DNA of 64,000 nt from Eledone cirrhosa (GCA_964016885.1 OZ024754.1:4340001-4404000), one strand, 5' to 3'. Counted from the first letter of the stretch, positions 40,505 to 54,619 are shown. Translations and numbers: made by a program. The notes: a model not told the origin generated them from the letters alone.

Positions 40505-41004
40505 TGTATGTATGTATGTATGTATGTATGTATGTATGTTTGTATCTATGTAGCTAGAAGTGTATATCTATGTTTGTGTATAAATCTCAATCCATTGTAA
40601 ATGGGGGACATATTACAGTTGACGGTCAGTGAGCAATAAAACAACAAAGCAACTACAACTACAACAACAACAACACTAACACCAACAGCCACAACAACAA
40701 AGCAACAACAACAAATATTACAACAAAAACAATACGCTAAACAGTAACATGATTTCTTTATCTTTTTTTTTTGTTGTTTTTATTTTTCAAGTAAGTGGTG
40801 AACCAATTGAAAAGCTTCAAACTCATAGATTTGTGTGGGAGGAGGTAGTATGACTAGACAGGGCGCGGTTTCAAATTACATCACATCCGTTCCTGAAAGG
40901 CTGCTTTGTTAATATGTATTGCGAGGTCTTTAGACAAACAACTTCTCCTCCTGACCCTAATTCAACGATAATATTGTTTGTTGTTTATGGTCCTTCTTGT
41001 CAAC

Positions 41005-42420
41005 TTCACCACCACCACCACCACCGCCGCCGCCGCCGCCACCACATCCATGTTGATCCTAACCACCAACACCACCAACAGGATCATCGTCACCAACGCC
41101 ACCATCATCATCATTAATGCTACGAACACCACCACTACCGCCGCCACCACCACCGCCGCCGCCAGCAACACCAACATCACCACTACCACCACTACTTCCA
41201 TCTTGAACAACACCAACACCACCACTACCACCACTACTTCCATCTTGAACAACACCATCACCACCACTACCACCACTACTTCCATCTTGAACAACACCAA
41301 CACCACCACCAACATCGTTAATGCTACCAACACCACCACTACCGCCGCCACCACCACCGCCGCCGCCAGCAACACCAACATCACCACTACCACCACTACT
41401 TCCATCTTGAACAACACCATCACCACCACTACTTCCATCTTGAACAACACCACCACCACCACCAACACCAACATCACCACCACTACTTCCATCTTGAACA
41501 ACACCAACACCACCACCACTACTTCCATCTTGAACAACACCACCACCAACACCAACATCACCACCACTACTTCCATCTTGAACAACACCAACACCACCAC
41601 CAACATCACCACCACTACTTCCATCTTGAACAACACCACCACCACCAACACCAACATCACCACCACTACTTCCATCTTGAACACCACCACCACCACCAAC
41701 ACCACCACTACCACCACTACTTCCATCTTGAACAACACCAACACCACCACCAACATCACCACCACTACTTCCATCTTGAACAACACCAACACCACCACCA
41801 CCACCACTACTTCCATCTTGAACAACACCAACACCAACACCACCACCACCACCACTACTTCCATCTTGAACAACACCAACACCACCACCAACACCACCAC
41901 CACCACCACCACTACTTCCATCTTGAACAACACCAACACCACCACCAACACCACCACCAACATCACCACCACTACTTCCATCTTGAACAACACCAACACC
42001 ACCAACATCGTTAATGCTACCAACACCACCACCACCAACACCATATTCACCACCAGCATCATCACTAATGTTACCAACGTCACCACTACCAACGTCACCA
42101 CTACCACCACCACTACCACCACCACTAATACCACCACCATAACACGCATCACCAGCATCACCCCACCTCCCTCGCCCCTGCCAACACTATCGTTATCGTC
42201 ATCCCCAACACCACAATCACCAAAGAAATGCTCCCCCTCCACCCTCGCCACATGCAGCACCATCACCAGCTTCACCATTATAACCAACAACAACATCATC
42301 ATCAACATCGTCGTCGTCATCATCATCATCATCCCTATCATTATGACCACCAACATCAACAACAACAACAACCACATCACCAATAATAACACCACCACTG
42401 ACATCATCATCATCCTCACC
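41005..42420. repeat. (ACC/AAC)n-derived minisatellite with recurrent acttccatcttgaacaac motif
   Basis: Direct inspection; in-frame variable-length units. Confidence 0.9.
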
Positions 42421-42427
42421 AACATTT

Positions 42428-42575
42428 TGACGCATAGAGTTACGGCCCTTGCCATTCTGAGTTCAAATCCCGCCGAGGTTAACTTTGCCTTTCAACCTTA
42501 CGGGGGTCGATACAATAAAGTACCAGTAATGCACTGGGGTAATTGCTGGCCTTGTGACAAAAGTAGAAACAATTA
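42428..42575 (+). mobile_element. SINE family A (partial)
   Basis: B-box, body and tail match. Confidence 0.8.
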
Positions 42576-43060
42576 TCATTATGAACAACAACAGCACCAC
42601 CGATAAGAACAACACCCACCGCCACTACCATCATCATCATCATCAACAACATCGATATATATATATATATAGTAATAATATATATATATATATATATATA
42701 GTAATAATATATATATATATATATATAGTAATAATATACGATATTAAACAAATGGAAACTATATTTATAAAACCATATTTATATCATTATACATATTTCA
42801 GGGATACCATATTAAAAATATGGCATGCCTTCTTCAGATAAAATACAATATATAAGCAGTTTTATAAATAAATTTGACGTACCATAAAATATTGATCAAC
42901 TTCCATTTAAAAAGTTGGTTTGGGAGTGAAATGTTTGTAAATATTTAGTGTTAAATATAGTAATAATATATATAGTAATAATATATATATATATATATAT
43001 AGTAATTATATATATATATATAGTAATTATATATATAGTAATAATATATATATATATAGT

Positions 43061-43138
<78 letters not shown>

Positions 43139-43684
43139 ATATTAACAAATGGAAACTATATTTATAAAACCATATTTATTTCATTATACATATTTCAAGG
43201 ACACCAAAGCAAATTATGGTGCGCTTTCATCAGATAAAATATAATATAGATCAGTTTTATAAACAAATATTGACATACCCTTAAAAGAATGCGACCATGT
43301 CGGTTGGAAGCTCCCAAAAATTTGTTGAGTGCTTTATATCAGTTATAAAAATATGTGCTTGTTGTATCCCAACAAATTAAATATAACTTCTACACACACA
43401 TATATATATATATATAGTAATAATAATAAATTTGAAGACTAAAATCCAAAGAGGGCTATATATGTGTGATATTTAATCATAATTTTATAGTTTCAAGTTT
43501 CAAGGCCAAGTTATCCTGGTTAAATTACTTGAGGTTTTAATCTTTGACAATTAAATCTGTTCTCTAACTTACATTATATAACAACCACACATGCAGTAAG
43601 AAAAAAAAAATACAATGTATACACAGACACGTGTGTGTGTGTATGTGTGTGTGTGTGTGTGATTAAACATACATAGGTATATAC

Positions 43685-44105
<421 letters not shown>

Positions 44106-44979
44106 GTGATAGACATGATCCTTCACAGGTTTTAACACCACTCTATTGCGACCAGGTTTCTGACGTCATCGTCATCTCCCACCGCCAACTTTCACAAATT
44201 TTAGAGGCCCTTTAAAAGGCTCATATCGTTTGCTCTTCCTTCTATGACTAAACAGAAAAATCAAAGAATATACCGACGTTCCAACCGTAACCCTCCTCCC
44301 CCAGTTCAGTTAATCTGTACCTTACCAATATTAGGAATTTGACCTATTTTTAAAAAAGGGTATAGTATGATTTGTGTGAATTTGATCTGCTATTTTTAGC
44401 AAATCAAATAATTGCTTAGTAGCTTACTCTGTATCTGTGTGTGGTTTGTGTGAAGGAGAGGGAGAATGAAATATATATAGACAGACAGACAGACAGACAG
44501 AAGTTTATGTTGTTTTTTTTTTATATACGAGAATGTTTAATATACAATTGGAAATGTAGAATAAAATATCTTGCTTTAGATCTGTGATTATTGAAATTAA
44601 AGTATTACAAATTCTATTTTGTAAAGTACGAATAATGCAAATTTGTACAGAATACAGAAAAATTTCAAATACTGCACAAAATCAATAACAATTTAAATAA
44701 AGATAGAAGACACATTAATGTCAGAAATGATCATTAGTTGACTGAATTCCACCACAATTTTTGTTTTTAATCGCTTGCTATTATTGTATATAAATCGTTT
44801 ATTTTACCGTAAAAATTACGTTCGTTCTTTATACAATTTTTCACGATAAACCAAAGCAGTAGACATTTAAAAATGTACACACGCATCTACATATGGCTAT
44901 ACATCTATACACATGCGTATGTATATATATGTGTGTGTGTGTGTGTACATTATATATATATATCTATATATGTGTATGT

Positions 44980-45025
<46 letters not shown>

Positions 45026-45062
45026 TGCGTGTACAATATATATATCTATACATGTGTGTGTA

Positions 45063-45103
<41 letters not shown>

Positions 45104-45145
45104 TGCGTGTACAATATATATATATCTATATATGTGTGTGTAATG

Positions 45146-45186
<41 letters not shown>

Positions 45187-45266
45187 ACAATATATATATA
45201 TGTGTGTGTGTGTGTGCGCGCTATATATCTATATATATATATATATATATATATATGCGTGTGTGT

Positions 45267-45308
<42 letters not shown>

Positions 45309-46288
45309 TGTGTGTACAATATATATATATGTGCGCGTGTGTACAATACATACACACATATATATATATACAATTTTTCACATATGGTTTTGTTTGATCA
45401 AATATTAAAATATTTGAAAGCATCAATAAAATTAAGGCGATACATCATCAGCTTTAATGAGAGAAATTTGAGACAGAAAAATAAAATGGAAGGGGGAAAA
45501 TAGTGAAACTGTTTGATATTGTAACAAACTATAATAATATACATGTTTAGTAATGTTTAATGGTGCTTACTAATGTGTTATTTTGTGAGTGTGGACGCAG
45601 CCTGACCGAATGCCTAACCTAACGAGTCTCTGGTTCGATTCCCCTGCGCGGCATCTTGGACATGTGTCATATATCTTATCCTCAGATCAACCCATGCCTT
45701 GTGAGTGAAATAAGGAAGATGGATTTATCTGTAATTAAAAGGGCCAACCTTGTCGCACATAGTGTCGCGCTGAATTTCCTCGACAATTATGTTAAGACAC
45801 TCAAGTCCATGATACTACCTTGACTATTTCTATCTGAGAATTCTGGTTGATGTCCTTCAGCTTGTCGAAACATTGAAACATTACTTCATAGAATAATTTA
45901 AATGTAAATAGAGTATCTAGACAGACAATGAAATGATGAAAACCACAGATAATACAGAGAGATGGTACAAATAGTACAAGGCATTTCGTCCCAAGTTCTA
46001 GCGACCCTGCCAGTTCAGGGTAAGATGTACGTCTGTGTGCATTAATTCTGTCAATCGGGAAGTGATGAAAGTGATGAAAGTGGAGCTCTTTGGGATTTAA
46101 ATGGAACTCAGACACAGATCAAATATCTAATCCCATAACATCTCTGACAAATCGATAGACATAATGCCAACAGAGAGAGGGGGGGGGATAAAAATGTAAA
46201 TAAGATAGAAATCAACATTTTGTTAACATATCTTCATTGTGACTATATACAAACACATATACATATATGCTTATACACTCATATACAT

Positions 46289-46340
<52 letters not shown>

Positions 46341-46785
46341 GTGTGTGTGTGTGCGTGTGTGTGTGTGTGTGTGCGTGCGTGTGTGTTCTTACTTATATAT
46401 ATAGCCCTCATGCACAAAAATGTACATTCATATTGATACACAATTGAAATTGTGTCGTCACCAAGGTTAAAGAGATATCGTGTTAAATATGAAATGTAGA
46501 CAACAAGCAGGACAGGGGAGACCAGTGTTTGTCCTATTGAGAAGAAATATGACTAATTATGTGGCTTGATAAGAATTATGTTGTTGTTGATATATGTCTG
46601 TAACACGATGGGTATCTGTGCAGTTTCTGCCTACCAAGTTTTCACATACAAAAGATTAGTCAACTCAATGTTATAGTAGATGATACACGCCCGAAGTCAC
46701 GCATTAGGGCTTAACGCAAGCTCAAATTGTCGTTAAATGAACTCTTTAAACAAATAGCCATGTTTGTGATTGTTAAAGACAGGGA

Positions 46786-46991
46786 TTAGCAGTGGGAACT
46801 TCTGGTGTCCTTGGTCCTAAGACCACCTCCCTACTCACCACCATCGGCACAGAGTTGGCTACCCGCGGGAGTGAGCCTCGCGAGCTGGAATCGATCTTCC
46901 AGCGCGGCGTTTCCCTCACTATCCTCTGGGGAAACGCCTTCTCTATTCTGTCCGCCGGGGCGGCCAGCACGTGGGACCTCATTTGTTCATA
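46786..46991 (+). pseudogene. C-terminal fragment of a CRE/R2-group (restriction-like endonuclease) non-LTR retrotransposon
   Basis: VGTSGVLGP...IGTELATRGSEPRELESIFQRGVSLTILWGNAFSIL resembles the ETxGxxG...FQRxSxxxxRGNA C-terminus of CRE-type elements. Confidence 0.65.
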
Positions 46992-48017
46992 ATAGTAAGA
47001 GATGGGGAGAGCTGGAGAGACGGAGGCAGTGACAGTAGGAGTTTGGTTCCTTTGTGTTCGGACCTGGTGTCTGTGTATATGTTTCACGGACACACTCTCA
47101 CATTGAGACAAGGTATTTGTTCTAGAAACAATTTGATTAAGATTGATGTCAACAGATGGTTATTAATATAGTGATAAGAAAGACTAGCAGAGAATCAAGT
47201 AAGAATCCAGGGCAACTATTTGATAGATATAACGTCTCAAAAGAGATGCTGTTACGGCGGAATTTAAAGAATTGTGTATAAGAACCACAAATGATAAAAA
47301 TTCATTTGGTTGGATGTTCCCGTTTTTTGTTGTTGTATAACCCCGGCATATCCCTGAAAGTGCCAGTTTATGATCAAAAATATTCCGATTATAACTGCAT
47401 AGATTAATTCAATATCTTTTGGACTTTGTCTTGTTTCCCTTTCCTGTTTTAACCCAGAAACTCCATCTTGTTCTACAATACTGGGCTCTTTATTTTAACC
47501 TAAAACCATTCCAGTACAGATTTATGTGTAACAATCTTTGTAAGATTTTGATCGAAACACCAACTTAATAAAGTTATTTTACTAAATTCCTCCACATTCT
47601 TCATTATATATATGTGTGTGCTTATATATATATGTATGTGTGCGTTGTGTGCTTATGTATGTGTGTGTGTGTAAGTATATATTCATATATAAACACCCAC
47701 ACAACCGCCATGAATTTGTAGTCTAAGAAGGAGGTTGATAGTGAGACATATGTTGAGACTAGAAGTGATTGAGATAGTATGAGGAAGAGCGAGAGAGAGA
47801 CAGTCAGACAGACAGACAGACACAAAGAGAGAGTGATAAAAATATACATATAAAGAGAAAAGTAGTAAATATATAAATATGTGAATGAGTGAGTGGGAAA
47901 CATTGTAAGATAGTAATATGAGGGTGGGCGTGAATATGGAGAGGTGGCTAGTCTAATGGGGGAAGCAGAAACTTGCAGTGGTAGAAGTTGTTGGGCTTTC
48001 TCTCTATCTCTGTCTCT

Positions 48018-48072
<55 letters not shown>

Positions 48073-48336
48073 CAAATTTAAATAATTTTGAAAACCAAAC
48101 AATGTACTAGAAAGAAAATTAAAATTGCTAAGACAACAACAGGATCTTACATTAGCAAATTTAATAATTCAAAATATTTTCAGGTTTAAAAACCCATTAT
48201 CAACAATTCCTCAAGCAAACTATAACACTCTGTTATGTATGTATATAGAATATAGAAATGCCTTCTACAGGACTAGAACTGTTTCATTCGAAGGAATGAA
48301 ACAGTTCTAGTCCTGTATCAGCCATATTATATTATA

Positions 48337-49253
48337 CTAGCAGTGGTACCCGGCGTTGCACGGGATAAGGTATTTTGGAACGCGGGCCGCCAACAGACCC
48401 AATCGTGGAAAAACTGCATGCGTGGACAATGTGTAAAGAAAATAAACCGAATACTCTGATGGCTGGATAATCTTTAAGATTTTCCTCGATGAAGCAGGAA
48501 AAATGTAGGTTTTCACCTAATGCGGGCCCCAGTGAATAAAAAAAATGAATTTTTTTTATGTGCTTAATATGCTTTGAAATTTCGGGAAAATCGGCTAGAC
48601 GTAACGCCTCAAAAAAGCCCTAAAAAGCTGAAAAAATGAAGTTTTTCACCTAATGCGGGCCCTAGGCCATAAAATAGTTGGATTTTCTTTACTCACGGTA
48701 TGAAGAAGAGACTGATTGATACATAGTTACAATTTCAAGGAAATCAGTCTGACGTAACGACTCAAAAAACACCTAAAAACCTGAAAAAAACGCAGTTTTT
48801 CACCTAGGGGATCAAAAGGTTGAATTTGTTTATGTGGATAACACTCCCTGAAATATAAGTAATACACATGTAAAGTTTGAAAAAATCGGTTGGGTACTTC
48901 TCGAGTTTTAGGGATTCAAACTCACAAACACACACACTTCCTCAGGGAAGTGACGTAATGCAGACAGTCAGACATACAGACAGATATTATAAGGGCCCGA
49001 CGTTATATGTATGTATCTATTATATGTATGTATCTAAAAGAGAAAGACTAAGAATTATAGAGAGAGATCGCTAAATCGCCTAATGCGGTCCCTAGTACAT
49101 TGAAAATTTGACATTGTTTTTGCTCAGGACACTCCCTGAAACATAAGTATTACACGTGTAACGTTTGAAAGCAGTCGGTTGGGTGTTTCTCGAGTTTTAT
49201 GGATTCAAACTCACACACACGCAGACAGACATCCTAAGTCTTATATATATAGA
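48337..49253 (-). mobile_element. Non-autonomous Helitron
   Basis: Minus strand begins A|TCTATATATATAAG and ends with GC hairpin CCCGTGCAACGCCGGG followed by CTAG|T. Inserted between A and T with no TSD; contains internal duplicated blocks. Confidence 0.85.
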
Positions 49254-49627
49254 TAATAAACAGTTATACTCTGCTAGGTATTGAGTAACTTACTGTGGTT
49301 TTGTCTATCTGGATGTGTGTGTGTATGTGTGTGTAACCTCTATCTCTACCTCTGCGTATGGTGTCACTCTCCTTCTTTGTCTGTCTATCTGTATGTGTGT
49401 GTGTATATGTGTGTGTATGTGTGTGTAACCTCTATCTCTACCTCTGCGTATGGTGTCAGTCTCCTTCTTTGTCTATCTGTCTTCTCTCCAATGCTAGGTC
49501 AAGGTGTGACTGTCTCGAGTGCAATGTAAAAGCTGTTGCTTACTATTCATGTGTCCACACTTCCGTTTTTCCTATTTTGTCTGCCTCACTTTCCCTCCCA
49601 CATCTCTCTTCCTCACACTTTTTGCTT

Positions 49628-49676
<49 letters not shown>

Positions 49677-49767
49677 TTTGAGTATATGTTGGTTGTATAC
49701 CAACACCTCAGTATGCAGGCTGGAGCACTCGACGAAGTGCGCAGGTTGGTTTGGTTATTCCGGAGTA

Positions 49768-50019
49768 ATGTAAAATAAAGTAAAATAAAAAGTCAAATGT
49801 TTAAAATTTAGCTTCGTTTATTACTGCTATATATATTTCGGTGACAGCCATCTTTGGCTGTGACCTCTTCAGGCAGTCCGAATTAGTGTGGTAGAGACGA
49901 GTACATATGTTGTTGAGGTGTTTAACTTTGCCAAAATTGGCTGTCACCGAAATATATATAGCAGTAATAAACGAAGCTAAATTTTAAACATTTAAACTTT
50001 TTATTTTACTTTATTTTAT
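49768..50019. repeat. Inverted repeat (~85-bp arms) overlapping the 49823 hammerhead
   Basis: 49768-49850 pairs with 49937-50019; the right arm holds only the 3' half of the ribozyme. Confidence 0.9.
49823..49877 (-). ncRNA. Type I minimal hammerhead ribozyme
   Basis: ACUGC-CUGAAGA-[GGUcACAGCCA aaga UGGCUGUcACC]-GAAA-UAUAUA-UA^-GCAGU; palindromic loop III. Confidence 0.85.
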
Positions 50020-50032
50020 ATATATATATATA

Positions 50033-50160
50033 TATTGTTATACTTTAGGAGGGTCATATGCCCCCAATAAAAACACAGGCACCTGTTGGTTTTTACTTTA
50101 ATTTATTATAAATTTCCGGTTTCATTGGGGCAGCATGACTCTCCCAAAGTATAACAATAT
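50033..50160. mobile_element. Unclassified repeat family with TGTTATA..GGAGGGTCAT terminus (copies at ~150-362 minus, 38268-38312, 57164-57350)
   Basis: The terminus occurs here as an inverted pair; 57164-57340 is a diverged reverse complement of 180-355. Confidence 0.55.
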
Positions 50161-50449
50161 CCATTTCAACCCACGTTTCAGATAAGAATTCTCGCAAAAC
50201 AAATTCAAAAACGAATTTTATATATACAGTATATATATGTGTAGTGTCGGTTTCTAACAGTAACCAGACTCATTGGGGTTTAGACCACAGCTAGATAATT
50301 ATGTCTGTCTGTTTGTCTGTATCTCTCTCTCTTAAACTCTCTCTTTCTCTCTCTCTTTCTGTCTTTCTCTCTCTCTGAGAAATGTAAAAAAAAGATACAA
50401 ACATACATACAATCATACATAAAAACATACGTACATACATACATACATA

Positions 50450-50686
50450 TATGGTGGCTGCCAACTCGTTTTCGAGTACAGCCACTACTTTATATCCATG
50501 TAGGAGAACCCTACCGATGCACTGAACGAGTGTGACTTTTTAGTCCAGCCAGCGACTTGAAAACTCTGGTACAAACACTAACCTTTGACAATTATTGACA
50601 CATAGTGCTGGGCCCATGGTACCATGTGACGACAAGTGCAGAGAGATCTCCAGATGTAAAGCAATGCCTGTGCTGTGAAGCTTTTA
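50450..50686 (-). mobile_element. 5'-truncated second copy of the bipartite RTE derivative
   Basis: Near-identical to 35475-35715 (ggtggctgccaactcgttttcgagta...gtgaagcttttata). Confidence 0.8.
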
Positions 50687-51407
50687 TACATACATACATG
50701 CTGTGAAGCTTTTATATATACAAACATACACACACATACCAATTCACGCATGGCTGCAGAATTCAACACAGAGCCCAAACACACATAAATGAATACCTGG
50801 AAATGGCCACACAGACACACACACACACAGACACACACAGACACACACATACATACACAACCACACATACAATGTACTTATATTAAAACATTCTAACACG
50901 TTCTTTGTGGATTATAGCAATTCATAAAGGACTGAAAAGTTGGTCACGCTCCACTTAACGAACAAACGATTCTATGGACGCTGTGTATTTGGTGAAAGAA
51001 ATTCTCATTTTAGTTAAAAGTCAACCAGGCTTTCATGTCTTAGTCTGTGTCCTTGAGCAAGACAATATTTCACGTTGCTCCAATCCACTCAGCTGGAAAA
51101 TAATTCTGTCGTATCTTTACTTGAAATGGCCAGCTTTGTCATAATCTGTGTCACGCTAATTCGCCCTGGGAATTACGTCAAAGTTACAAGTAATGGAATG
51201 CTCAGACACTTGCACGAGAATTTCACTGGAATACACGTCATTGGAACCGAAGGGAGTGCAACAACAACAACAACGACGACGATGATGAATCAAAGAGGAA
51301 GTGTCAAGCTGTCACGTGAACTGTTAGAAACTGCAGTCAAATCTTAGTTTAAATAACACACTACCCCCTATTAATAATGCTACTATTACTACTAATGAGT
51401 TCTTGTA

Positions 51408-51800
51408 TAGGCACAAGGCCAGTAATTTAGCGGGAGGGGAAAGTCGATTAAATCGACCCCAGTACGTTATTGGTACTTTATTTTATCGACCCCGTGAGGA
51501 TGAAAGGCAAAATTAACCTCGGCGGGATTTGAACTCAGACCGTAAAGGGCCGTAACAAAATGCCACAAAGCATGTTGTCCAATTCCGGCAATCAACTGCC
51601 CTAATAATAATAATAGTTTCTACTTTAGGCACAAGGCCAGCAATTATCCAGTACATTACTGGTACTTGATTTTATCGACCCCGTAAGGATGAAAGGCAAA
51701 GTTAACCTCGACGGGATTTGAACTCAGACCGTAAAGGGACGTAACTATGCTAGAAAGCATGGCGTCCGACCCTCTACCGATACTGCAAATTCACCGCCCT
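51408..51800 (-). mobile_element. Two tandem SINE family A copies
   Basis: Copies at ~51408-51600 and ~51616-51800. Confidence 0.85.
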
Positions 51801-52561
51801 AATAATAATAATGATGATGTAACTCTCAATCGAGTATGACTTGGTTGGTTTTATCATGGTTTCTCTATGAGGTTTAGCTGCACATGCAACTGTGAGCTGT
51901 TTGGATATTCCCTCACTTGATCCACAGAATATCCAAGATATGAGAGGTGGAAGAAGAGAGGTTTGCATCTGCAACAGGCTAGTCATTTCTATATCATCTC
52001 CAAAAGGACGAATGGCAAAGTGGACCACAGCGAGGAGAGTACCGAGATATATAACAAATATACAACACACAGCGAAGCAGTCAAACCGACCGCCCCTTTA
52101 ACATATAAAATAATGCTTGAACACTTTGGATAGTCTGATTGACGAGACTGGCACGGATGGAATACCTACGATCATAGGTTTATTTCGATCTTCGAACAAT
52201 AACTACTATTACTACTACATAACAACAATAAGGCAAACATCGCCACCACGACCATATAAAACAACAATAGCACCTCTCTTTCCATAGTGGCTAGGATCGC
52301 TAGAAATAGACGTTAAATTCACATGAAAATTACACCATCCCTCATCGAATAGAGAAGGTTACTCTAGAAAATGTCGTACTATATATTCTATGCCCAATAA
52401 AATGAAGAGATTGTCATTGCTAGAAGATATCTGATCAAGAGCCTGTTCCCAGTGAAAACTGACTTTATATCTAAACAAAAACCTCGTGATCTGCACTAAT
52501 TCACTAATGAAAACAAATCTAACAATAGTAAATTGTATGTCATTGTTACTTTATCTACCAC

Positions 52562-52714
52562 TGTGTAACAAGGCGGCGAGTTTCTGTGTAGCAAGGCGGT
52601 GAGTTTCTGTGTAGCAAGGCGGTGAGTTTCTGTGTAGCAAGGCGGCGAGTTGTTGTGTAGCAAGGCGGCGAGTTTCTGTGTAGCAAGGCGGTGAGTTTCT
52701 GTGTAGTAAGGCGG
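52562..52714. repeat. 23-bp tandem repeat (tgtgtagcaaggcgg(c/t)gagtttc), ~6 units, at the head of a degraded SINE
   Basis: Direct inspection; followed by a SINE-A-like body (ttttcatccttcagaggtcgataaa). Confidence 0.85.
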
Positions 52715-53237
52715 AGAAAAAGCTTCAAGATTGTTCCAGCAGACTACACTCTAATTTCAAAATTTACCGAGATCAAATTTGGTTTTCATCCTTCAGAGGT
52801 CGATAAATAAAGCAACAGTACTGAAGTTGTTCCTACCACTGGAGAGAAAATCAACTAGAGAGGGATGGGCTCTACCAGGTACCAAACGCTCAAAACCAAC
52901 GCACCCGCAAACTGCAGTGGACCGTAAAAAATGTGGGATGGACAAATGTAACCAACGTCAACCAGGATATATACCCCCCCCCCCCCCCCACACACACACA
53001 CACACATACATACAAGAAAAAAAACTATTTGAAAAAATAAATGAAGAAAAAGGATAGTCATAGCTGAAACCCTATTGACATGGGACAAAACAACAGTAAT
53101 AATATTTCAAATAAGCTCGTGTACTATTGTGTGTCTGTCTGTGTAAAGATGTAAATGTTTCACTTACCCCAACCCAGAAATAGCTAGGATATTTAAATGA
53201 CATAACCTCTGACCAGGAACAAAACTCTTCTCACACA

Positions 53238-53301
<64 letters not shown>

Positions 53302-53305
<4 letters not shown>

Positions 53306-53950
53306 GTTGTCGAGAACAATACATAGGCCAGAAAAGAACAGCCTCCACCAACGCATGACTGTCCATAGATCCCAAATCAAAATACGGGAATTCAGAAAAA
53401 TACCGCTGAGTGAACACATTGATACCTGTGCCGCCCAAAATCATCCCAACTTTAGAATCTTTCCCCTCTACAAATATTTAAACATAATGCCGCCCACACC
53501 CAGCGCATCAGCAAGGAATCTCACTTTATTAACGAATACGGACCCCGTCTAAACACTTCTCCCTAAGACGAACCAACAACATACACACGTCCACATACAT
53601 ACCTACATCAACATACATCCAACATACATTTCTATCCACAAGTATCCCATACGGCAGGGCCTAATGGATTCCCTTGCAGTACGTACAATCTGGACACACT
53701 CACACACACGTTGGTGTTATGACAATACTATACATCATTTCACCTCTTTTATTATTGAACATTCACGTGACTTCTACCGACCAATAAAAATGATAGTGCT
53801 TATTCACGTGACATTCAACAACCAACCAAATCACGAACGCTCTATCTCAAAATTATTTTTGAAAAGCATTTGAAATGCGCAACCGGTAAAAAACTTAAAA
53901 CTAACACTGAATACTAACCATTACTTATTTATACTTATTCCTAATTAAAC
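53302..53950 (+). mobile_element. Penelope-like element 3' fragment (GIY-YIG endonuclease remnant + 3' UTR/pLTR with hammerhead)
   Basis: Starts right after (TA)n with SGCREQYIGQ, then a frameshift to KNSLHQRMTVHRSQIKIREFRKIPLSEHIDTC (C..YIG..L..R...H pattern). A hammerhead-like motif follows at 53856-53891. Confidence 0.75.
53856..53891 (+). ncRNA. Minimal hammerhead, U3-A8 variant, degenerate (GCAA for GAAA)
   Basis: UUU-UUGAAAA-[GCAU uugaa AUGC]-GCAA-CCGG-UA-AAA, about 300 nt downstream of the Penelope EN fragment on the same strand. Confidence 0.55.
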
Positions 53951-53997
53951 TATTTTTCACTGGAAAAAATCTGTCAGCATTTCTTTTCCTTTTTACT

Positions 53998-54092
<95 letters not shown>

Positions 54093-54111
54093 TGAACAAC
54101 ACAATATATAA

Positions 54112-54184
54112 CTGTTCCATTACCAAAGGTTTCGGGACCCTAGACATTAATAACATACGTCAAGGTAGGTCGCTCATCGGAACA
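54112..54184 (-). ncRNA. Degenerate hammerhead, related to the 22450 family
   Basis: UGUUCCGAUGA-GCGACC...GGUCCC-GAAA-CC uuu GG-UA-AUGGAACAG. It shares the upstream 'aagagtgctctatgta' block with 22387-22402; the stem I/core junction looks deleted. Confidence 0.45.
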
Positions 54185-54619
54185 AAAGGTTTTATACATA
54201 GAGCACTCTTTTTTTCCTTTGCTTTTTCTTCGGAAATACTTAACATGTGTGTATATATATATATACATTTTAGTCTTCGCATTTATTATTGCTATACACA
54301 CACACATGTTCGGACACATTTATCAGACTGTAGGTTTTATGTACTTGCTATGCATGTTTTAGTCAGCTTACTTAGATCCTTATATGTATTTCAAATTTAT
54401 AGCTTGAATAGTCCCTTCTCAATTATCATTTGTATGTGTGTAGGTGATCCAGATAGTTATATATTGAACAAAGGAAAGTACATGGTCACACACTTACAAC
54501 TAAATTAAAAAGCGACATGTTAGTGCATAGAAATGGAAAATATTATATAGAAACTAGTTAACTAATACTGAGGATAAATTCCACTTATTTCTTGTTTGTT
54601 AATGTTTTTCTGTTTTGTT

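Noticed and set aside
40978-42606. 542-aa Thr/Asn-rich mucin-like ORF
   Set aside because: Translation of an ACC/AAC minisatellite; the opposite strand is also open, it runs into a SINE, and no splice or signal-peptide support was seen.
44140-44178. Minus-strand UGACG auga CGUCA-GAAA-CCUGG-UC
   Set aside because: Core and stem I are missing; could be chance.
51830-52180. Possible exon or LINE fragment
   Set aside because: No recognisable motif or splice pair; left unassigned.
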